22,424 nucleotides of DNA from Verrucomicrobiota bacterium (lineage in GTDB: Bacteria > Verrucomicrobiota > Verrucomicrobiia > Verrucomicrobiales > DEV007), in the NCBI GenBank assembly GCA_024277195.1, contig JAJRVS010000007.1:1-22424 (forward strand). Direction: 5' to 3'. The position numbers and the translations under genes are program-made. The notes beneath the pieces are model-generated. The model made no database searches. It was not told where the DNA came from and saw only the letters and a program-made list of their open reading frames with translations. The first letter of the stretch is position 1. The number at the start of each line of letters is the position of its first letter. This document shows, piece by piece, positions 17,298-22,424 of the stretch.

Positions 17298-19292
17298 TTA
17301 CTGTTTCACTTCATTTATCTCTACCACTTCAAAACTGGAACCACTTTCCCTAAGTTTATAGATCCCGCGCATTCTACCACTGTGGACGTGAGAACTTCCC
17401 GAGCTCACCCGGTAATCAAACAACGTCTCTGCGGTGAAATATCCTCCTCCGATATCGCGCACACTCGTCGATGATCCGGAAACAAGTGAATAACTACGGT
17501 TCGGGTATTTCTTGATGTAGGCCCGTCGCCCGTTTCTAATCGTACTCTTACCCACACTGCCTTCGTCATAAAAACGCTCTACCGTGGCGGCATAATACGG
17601 CAGCACTTCATCTATCTGGTTGCTCTCGCCCGCCGCAATGAAGTTAGTGATAAATCTACCGACCGCATTTGCCTTGTTCTGTAGTGTCTGTTGCTTCATT
17701 TCCTCCTGACGCATCGTGGCTTCCTTGGCTCGTTGGATCCCAGCCAAACGGTCAACTTCCTTCTGCCTGGCATCGGCCAACTCCTTCCGACGCCGATCCT
17801 CATCCATCTGTTTCTGACGATCGAGTTCAAGCTGCTTTGCGGCCTCATTTGCCCGTTTTAAATCAGCGGCGGCTTTTTCCATGCGCGCCGTTTTATCAGC
17901 CATATCCCGATCCGAAATCCGTCTCACCACCTGTGCCAAATCCTCCTTTGCCCTCACATTATCCGGATCAATTTTCAGTATCTGCTCGTAGACCGCCTTC
18001 TTCTTGTAATCATCAACCGCAGTCATTCCCACCACACTCTCATACAGCGCCTTCACCCTGTCCTCCCGCTCAGTCACTTGGCGGGCTTGCTCCTGTTCCA
18101 GCTCCGCTTGCGCCTTCGCCGCCTGCGCTTTTTTCTGATCTTCCTGCCATTGCGTCTTCGCTGCCGCCAGATCCACCGGCTCCGGCTCCGTTGACTCTGC
18201 TCCCGGCTTCGGAGCCGCCACCCCTAACCACCATCCCGCCACGGCTAAGACCATAACCGCAGCCACCGCCGCAAAGACCTTCTTTTGTTTCCCCCCCTCG
18301 ACAGCCTCGGTTCCCTGGCTTTTCCCCGTCGAGCGCCGCTTCCCGATCCCATCTCCCACTATCTTTTTTTCCCTCACAACCGGAGTGCTACCACCCGATA
18401 GTTCCGCCCACAGTGCCTCCGCGCTCTGCGGCCGATCCTCCGGATCCTTCGCCAGACAAGACGCCACCACTTCTTCCCACAACTGCGGAATTTTCCCCAC
18501 CCCTTCAATCCCCAATTCCTCACGCCGCTGCTCCATGCTCGGCGGCTCCATGGTTTCAATCTGGTGTTGCACATTGCCCCGGTAAAAGGGCGGTTTACTA
18601 GTCAGTAATTCATAGATCGTTGCTCCTAACGAATAAACATCATCCGTCCGGGTCGATGGGTAACCCATCGCCTGTTGTGGACTCATATAGACCAAAGTTC
18701 CACTCGTCATCGCCCCTCCCGAGGTCAGACGGCTCATCGAATCGGTCAGGCTGCCCGCTATGCCGAAGTCCAGTACCCGCAGCATCCCTTCCCCGTCGAT
18801 CATTAAATTCGCCGGCTTCAGATCCCGGTGCACCACCTTGCGCCCGTGCGCATAATCCAAACCCGCACAGGCCTGCTCGATCCAGTCGCCGATCTCTGCT
18901 ACCTCAAACACCTCGCTGCCTTTCGCCAAACGTCGAGCTGTCAGCGTTTCCCCATTGACATACTCCATCGAGATCGCCGCCGCCGCTCCGTCCTCCAGCC
19001 AGTCGTAAATCCGCACTATGTTCGGATGAGTCAACTCCAGACACTGCATCGTCTCCTTTTTTAAATCATTAATCGCCGCCTGATCCCCCTGCACCTGATC
19101 CGGTAGCCGCTTCAGCGCTACCTCGCGCCCGTCGAGCTTTTCATCCTGCCCCAGCCACACCTCCCCCATCCCACCGCGCCCCAACTGACGAATCAGCGAA
19201 TAGCGCCCGAATACCTTCAAACCATCCCGCCAGCCCCTGAGCGTAGGGCCTGAACCAAGGTCATCTTCGTTGCTGTGCTGGTTGGAATTCAT
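17298..19292 (-). CDS. Ser/Thr protein kinase with TM helix, long charged coiled-coil region and a C-terminal domain of unknown function
   Basis: 664 aa. The N-terminus 'MNSNQHSNEDDLGSGPTLRG' and the kinase motifs are shared with the other paralogs ('HRDLKPANLMID', 'DFGIAGSLTDSMSRLT'). The TM helix is 'VFAAVAAVMVLAVAGWWLG'. The C-terminus shows no FGE domain. Confidence 0.9.
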   Translation of the reverse strand: MNSNQHSNEDDLGSGPTLRGWRDGLKVFGRYSLIRQLGRGGMGEVWLGQDEKLDGREVALKRLPDQVQGDQAAINDLKKETMQCLELTHPNIVRIYDWLEDGAAAAISMEYVNGETLTARRLAKGSEVFEVAEIGDWIEQACAGLDYAHGRKVVHRDLKPANLMIDGEGMLRVLDFGIAGSLTDSMSRLTSGGAMTSGTLVYMSPQQAMGYPSTRTDDVYSLGATIYELLTSKPPFYRGNVQHQIETMEPPSMEQRREELGIEGVGKIPQLWEEVVASCLAKDPEDRPQSAEALWAELSGGSTPVVREKKIVGDGIGKRRSTGKSQGTEAVEGGKQKKVFAAVAAVMVLAVAGWWLGVAAPKPGAESTEPEPVDLAAAKTQWQEDQKKAQAAKAQAELEQEQARQVTEREDRVKALYESVVGMTAVDDYKKKAVYEQILKIDPDNVRAKEDLAQVVRRISDRDMADKTARMEKAAADLKRANEAAKQLELDRQKQMDEDRRRKELADARQKEVDRLAGIQRAKEATMRQEEMKQQTLQNKANAVGRFITNFIAAGESNQIDEVLPYYAATVERFYDEGSVGKSTIRNGRRAYIKKYPNRSYSLVSGSSTSVRDIGGGYFTAETLFDYRVSSGSSHVHSGRMRGIYKLRESGSSFEVVEINEVKQ

Positions 19293-19383
19293 ATAGAATA
19301 GGAGAAATCGTTGTTAATCTATCGAAAAACGGTAGCCAAGTAAACTGTCATTTTTTTACTACCAAACAGCCTTCAATCCAACT

Positions 19384-19668
19384 TTAAAAATTCCTTGCTC
19401 GATATTGGATATTCCCACCCCTTGCTCGATATTCGATATTCCCCACCTCCCCCACATGCCACAGCAGGCGAAAGGCATTGCCGGATGAAACCTTAAACTT
19501 CTTTCCCCATTGATCGACCACCACAGGATTGTCGGGCAGCAAACCCCACAAAAATGCGTGCACCGCTTTATGTCCATGTTCCTTACTAGCCATCGACATC
19601 GAGAGTGGAAACGACGCCTGGGATTCCCGCCACTCGCTAGTGTAGCGGAGCGTATCACCGCTATGTCA
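19384..19668 (-). pseudogene. Truncated hipA-like fragment (N-terminal domain only), cut off by the 48-bp repeat
   Basis: Translation gives 'DTLRYTSEWRESQASFPLSMSMASKEHGHKAVHAFLWGLLPDNPVVVDQWGKKFKVSSGNAFRLLWHVGE'. This resembles the HipA region 'F.Y...W......LSLSLPL........F..LLPEG...........DPFALL..IG'. An upstream stop is present, and the 3' end runs into repeat copies at 19391-19444. Confidence 0.4.
19391..19444 (+). repeat. Two adjacent copies of the heptamer-repeat core ('TTGCTCGATATTSGATATTCCC') of the ~48-bp repeat family
   Basis: Direct reading: 'ttccttgctcgatattggatattccc' and 'cttgctcgatattcgatattcccc'. Confidence 0.8.
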
Positions 19669-19778
19669 CTGATTAGCCATAGCCGCACTGAAGATGGACA
19701 TGTTGAACGAAGATTTCGCCGAATTCGCAAGACTTCTTGAAAAAGCCGAAGTGCGAATTATTACACCCCAAGGGGGTA

Positions 19779-19940
19779 GCCCTATGATAGCCCAGGACAT
19801 CGCCCTGGGTCTGGTCAACAGACCACCATTAGCCCTGAATGGGCGGCCCTAAAGCGTTGAGGATTAATGCCACCCATTCAGGGCTGAAAGATTGGAACTC
19901 AAATACCCAAGGTTTCACCCTGGGCTATCATAGAGTCAGC
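19779..19940. other. A ~150-nt nested-palindrome element: either a structured ncRNA or a MITE-like element
   Basis: A perfect 15-bp inverted repeat 'ctatgatagcccagg' (19782-19796) pairs with 'cctgggctatcatag' (19919-19933). It encloses a 6-bp hairpin 'ggtctg/cagacc' (19810-19824) and a perfect 13-bp inverted repeat 'agccctgaatggg' (19831-19843) with 'cccattcagggct' (19873-19885). A small UUCG-like hairpin 'gcccttcgggc' lies just 3'. No ORF explains the region. Confidence 0.35.
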
Positions 19941-20056
19941 CCTTCGGGCCTGTTAGCCTGACGCGTATGCGAGATCGACTCCCGTACTCCACGAACCACC
20001 CCCAACCCACGCAATGCCATTGCGTCCCACATCCCGCCATTCACACGTCACCTCCT

Positions 20057-20146
20057 CTTCACTTCATCATTCTTCGGTTCCTTGAGGTGCGCTAGATTGA
20101 ACGCCGAAGCTTTAGCGAAGGAGGTTGCTCGATATTGGATATTCCC
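20057..20146 (+). repeat. Long variant of the ~48-bp repeat, with a ~42-bp insert containing 'gcgaaggaggttg'
   Basis: 'cttcacttcatcattcttcggttcct...gccgaagctttagcgaaggaggttgctcgatattggatattccc'. The same insert class occurs in the copy at 21283-21356. Confidence 0.8.
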
Positions 20147-20237
20147 TTCGGGTAATTTCCTCCAGCTGTTTGACTCCGTCTATCTCCACTCCGTTACGGT
20201 TCGTCAGCGAACTGACTCGGCTCCCATTCCTATCTTT

Positions 20238-20284
20238 CTTCCCTTCATCATTCTTCGGTTACTTGTTCGATATTCGATATTCCC
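20238..20284 (+). repeat. ~48-bp repeat copy
   Basis: 'cttcccttcatcattcttcggttacttgttcgatattcgatattccc'. It overlaps the 3' end of the truncated four-helix-bundle ORF. Confidence 0.8.
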
Positions 20285-20640
20285 ACCCTCTTCCTCCACG
20301 CGCCCGCCATTCGGCCGACTTCATCGATCAAGCGGTTCACATGCAGGCATTGCCGCCCACTGATCCAGCTTTTGCTTTCCGCCAGTCGCCACAGAATGCG
20401 TAAAAGTTCCAGTATCAGGTTCAGCTCGTCGAGGTGACCTATGCGCTTAGCAGACTGTCTGGAAAAACGCGCCCGGGTGATTTCCTCCAGCGTAGTCAAG
20501 CACAGATTATCAATCTTTTGCCCGAGAGTAAAACGCTGGCCTTTCGGAAAGTCCGCTGTGCGGCCCAGCGACCATTCAGTCAGCTCGACCGCTACCGTGT
20601 GGATCGGCGGACGTGATGTTTTTATACCTTTGATACCTAT
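20248..20640 (-). pseudogene. Four-helix-bundle protein (PF05635 / 23S-IVS / Avd family) lacking a canonical start codon; its C-terminus is fused into the repeat
   Basis: Translation is '...AVELTEWSLGRTADFPKGQRFTLGQKIDNLCLTTLEEITRA...LDELNLILELLRILWRLAE...RLIDEVGRMAGAWRKRV'. It matches the family pattern 'FPK.ERY.L.SQ..RAA.SI..NIAEG ... ELETQL.IA ... EEIGKML'. Upstream there is no ATG/GTG before an in-frame TGA, so the only start is a TTG mid-protein. The last residues 'GISNIEQ' are encoded by the repeat. Confidence 0.45.
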
Positions 20641-20765
20641 TCACTCCCTATGAACGGCCACGCGGATTACCAATCGGCAATCTCACCAGTCAATTGTGGG
20701 GCAATCTTTTCCTCGATGCCTTGGATCACCTGATCACAGAAACAGAAGCTCATGGATGACAAGAA

Positions 20766-20826
20766 ATGAATATCGAATATCGAGCAAGGAGTGTTGAATG
20801 ATGAAGGAAATAGAATGAAGAAAGAG
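20766..20826 (-). repeat. Inverted copy of the ~48-bp repeat
   Basis: The plus strand reads 'gaatatcgaatatcgagcaaggagtgttgaatgatgaagg'. Its reverse complement is 'ccttcatcattcaacactccttgctcgatattcgatattc'. Confidence 0.7.
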
Positions 20827-20862
20827 TAACCAAATAAAGCTTAGTAAATAAGCTAGGTAACT

Positions 20863-21231
20863 TTATTGCTTTTTTAGGTTTTTCTGGGCGGTTGTGATAC
20901 TTACCACAAAAATGGAGATCAGTTCATTGTTTTCCTCGATGATCGAAGATAGTTTATCTGGAGCATCTACTAAAGGTTTGCGCTGGATAATGAGAAGCCA
21001 GACTAGTGTTTCTCTCAATTCTTTAAGAGCAATTTTCATTTTATGAATGAAGTCTTTCCGGGATTCGGCACTCTGCGCTTCCCCATAGTTCGGCGCAGGT
21101 GATGTACAAGATCGCACAAGTTGCCCCGCCACATGATTCCCCGCTCGCGAATCAGGCAATATCTCAACGACATTCAAAATCCTAACCGCAAATTCAATCA
21201 GCCGTTCCTGCAAGTCATAATCACGTTTCAT
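20863..21231 (-). CDS. Four-helix-bundle protein (PF05635/TIGR02436; the family that includes DGR Avd and 23S rRNA IVS proteins)
   Basis: 122 aa. The sequence 'LIEFAVRILNVVEILPDSRAGNHVAGQLVRSCTSPAPNYGEAQSAESRKDFIHKMKIALKELRETLVWLLI' fits the 'FPK..RY.L.SQL.RSA.SI.SNIAEG..R.S.KEFI.FL.IA.GSL.E' pattern. Confidence 0.75.
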   Translation of the reverse strand: MKRDYDLQERLIEFAVRILNVVEILPDSRAGNHVAGQLVRSCTSPAPNYGEAQSAESRKDFIHKMKIALKELRETLVWLLIIQRKPLVDAPDKLSSIIEENNELISIFVVSITTAQKNLKKQ

Positions 21232-21282
21232 CTTTACTACTCCCCCTCCAATTTTTCTTCATTCTTATATTTCTTCACTTCA

Positions 21283-21460
21283 TCATTCTTCGGTTCCTCT
21301 TGACCGCAGAAGCCTTGGCGAAGGAGGTTGTTCGATATTGGATATTCGATATTCCCTTCTTCTTCACTTCATCATTCTACTGTTCCTTGTTCGATATTCG
21401 ATATTCCCATCTTCTTCACTTCATCATTCTACTGTTCCTTGTTCGATATTCGATATTCCC
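21283..21460 (+). repeat. Tandem array of three ~48-53-bp repeat units: one long variant and two near-identical 53-bp units
   Basis: The units are at 21283-21356 (with the 'gcagaagccttggcgaaggaggttg' insert), 21362-21408 and 21414-21460. Both short units read 'cttcacttcatcattctactgttccttgttcgatattcgatattccc' with a 53-bp period. There are no unique spacers. The array ends 5 bp from the stop of the FGE-domain gene. Confidence 0.85.
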
Positions 21461-21464
21461 TACC

Positions 21465-22424
21465 CTAGCCGCCAACGCCAACCACCACCAAACGGAAGCC
21501 GTAGTAATCGTTTGGCTCCGCCGGAGTAGCGCCGTCGCGGTACGAGGAACGGAGAGCGATCTCCCTACCGCCGAACCAGGAACCACCACGCAACACGCGG
21601 TAACTAGTTCCTCCTTTATCATCAAACCCTAGCTTCTTCAAATCAGCCACCACATCACTGTCATTCAGCTCATCTCGATACCAATCCTCGCACCACTCCC
21701 ACACATTGCCGCCCAAATCATAAAACCCAAATCGATTCATCTTATATCCTCCCACTCGCGCTGTTCTCTCCGCTCCATCTTCGTAGTCATACGCAACACT
21801 CCATTCACTTTTGAAACTATTCATTACCTCCTTACCAAAATAATTGCCCGCCCCTTTCGGCGCCGGCCATTCATTTCCCCATGGATACTTGCCCAGCGAC
21901 CCCACTGCCGCACTCCACTCCCCATCACTCGGCAGACGATAGCTATATCCGGGATTCTGCTGCGTCATCCACTTACAAAAGGCCTGCGCTTCATCCCAAC
22001 TCACGCACACCACTGGATGATCCTCACTCTGCTCAAATCCTGGTTTCTCCCACGATGCTTCTTTATCCAATTCCCACCCCAGTGAATACTTCCCCTCATC
22101 GTTCTTTTTATCTTCCAACACATACGCCCCGCCACTCTGCACATAATCTGTAGCCTGCGCATACGCCCGAAAATCCCGCACCCGTGTCTCCGTCCGGCAC
22201 ATCAACACCCCCGGCTTCCCCGGCACTGGCACGAACTCCATCCCCAACGAATTCACATAGGGACTCTCCTTGCTCGCTGCTGCCAAGCTCTCCGCCTTCA
22301 GTTTCTTTTCCAATAGACCACCACCCGAGGTCACCCCCAGCGCCTCTCCATCAATCACAATTTTTGCCCCTCCAGGTTCACTGCCAATCTTCAAACTCGT
22401 CATCAGCGCCGACTCTGCCGCTGC
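21465..22424 (-). CDS. PEGA + non-catalytic FGE-sulfatase domain protein, 3' part; the ORF continues past the window edge and is probably another kinase-fusion paralog
   Basis: The FGE domain runs 'MEFVPVPGKPGVLMCRTETRVRDF...HPVVCVSWDEAQAFCKWM...GGNVWEWCEDWYRDE...RGGSWFGG...YYGFRLVVV' followed by a stop. The frame stays open upstream of the internal Met through 22424 ('AAAESALMTSLKIGSEPGGAKIVIDG'). This is collinear with the TM-proximal part of the 938-aa paralog. Confidence 0.85.
   Translation of the reverse strand, partial: AAAESALMTSLKIGSEPGGAKIVIDGEALGVTSGGGLLEKKLKAESLAAASKESPYVNSLGMEFVPVPGKPGVLMCRTETRVRDFRAYAQATDYVQSGGAYVLEDKKNDEGKYSLGWELDKEASWEKPGFEQSEDHPVVCVSWDEAQAFCKWMTQQNPGYSYRLPSDGEWSAAVGSLGKYPWGNEWPAPKGAGNYFGKEVMNSFKSEWSVAYDYEDGAERTARVGGYKMNRFGFYDLGGNVWEWCEDWYRDELNDSDVVADLKKLGFDDKGGTSYRVLRGGSWFGGREIALRSSYRDGATPAEPNDYYGFRLVVVGVGG

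Noticed and set aside
19740-20060. Searched for a DGR template repeat, a tRNA, tmRNA, RNase P or group II intron domain V in the structured non-coding segment
   Set aside because: There is no ~100-bp match to any FGE-domain 3' end. No tRNA T-loop or acceptor features were found. No recognisable conserved cores of those RNAs are present, so it is left as an unclassified structured element.
20082-20403. Small plus-strand ORFs through the repeat copies (20082-20363, 20125-20403, 21300-21632, 16281-16670) sharing 'AEALAKEV.RYWIF'
   Set aside because: The shared peptide is simply the translation of the repeat's 'gcgaaggaggttgctcgatattggatattc' insert. There is no independent coding signal.
21283-21460. 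Tandem ~53-bp repeats considered as a CRISPR array
   Set aside because: The units are directly abutting with no unique spacers. The same unit is dispersed singly elsewhere. No cas genes are present.

Overview
This 22.4-kb window looks like an accessory, signalling- and defence-rich region of a Gram-negative genome, possibly Verrucomicrobia- or Planctomycetes-like, at roughly 55% GC. The 5' end holds the tail of a PIN/VapC-like toxin gene and an oppBCD-type ABC transporter operon. The rest is dominated by a paralogous family of eukaryotic-like Ser/Thr kinases fused to a TM helix, PEGA repeats and a non-catalytic FGE-sulfatase (C-type-lectin-fold) domain. There are three intact kinases, one decayed kinase-less copy and one copy that runs off the 3' edge. 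Co-oriented with them are a zinc-ribbon/SPFH protein and a zinc-ribbon/double-FHA protein. Other content is a tripartite hipB-hipS-hipT-like toxin-antitoxin module, a MurNAc-L-Ala amidase lipoprotein, and a 19.3-21.5 kb junk-yard segment. That segment holds a truncated hipA fragment, two four-helix-bundle (Avd-family) genes of which one is truncated, a ~150-nt nested-palindrome element and a ~48-bp repeat family that sits at gene 3' ends and includes a spacer-less tandem array. No rRNA, tRNA or CRISPR array was seen. I found no reverse transcriptase or template-repeat/variable-repeat (TR/VR) pair, so a diversity-generating retroelement (DGR) is hypothesis only.
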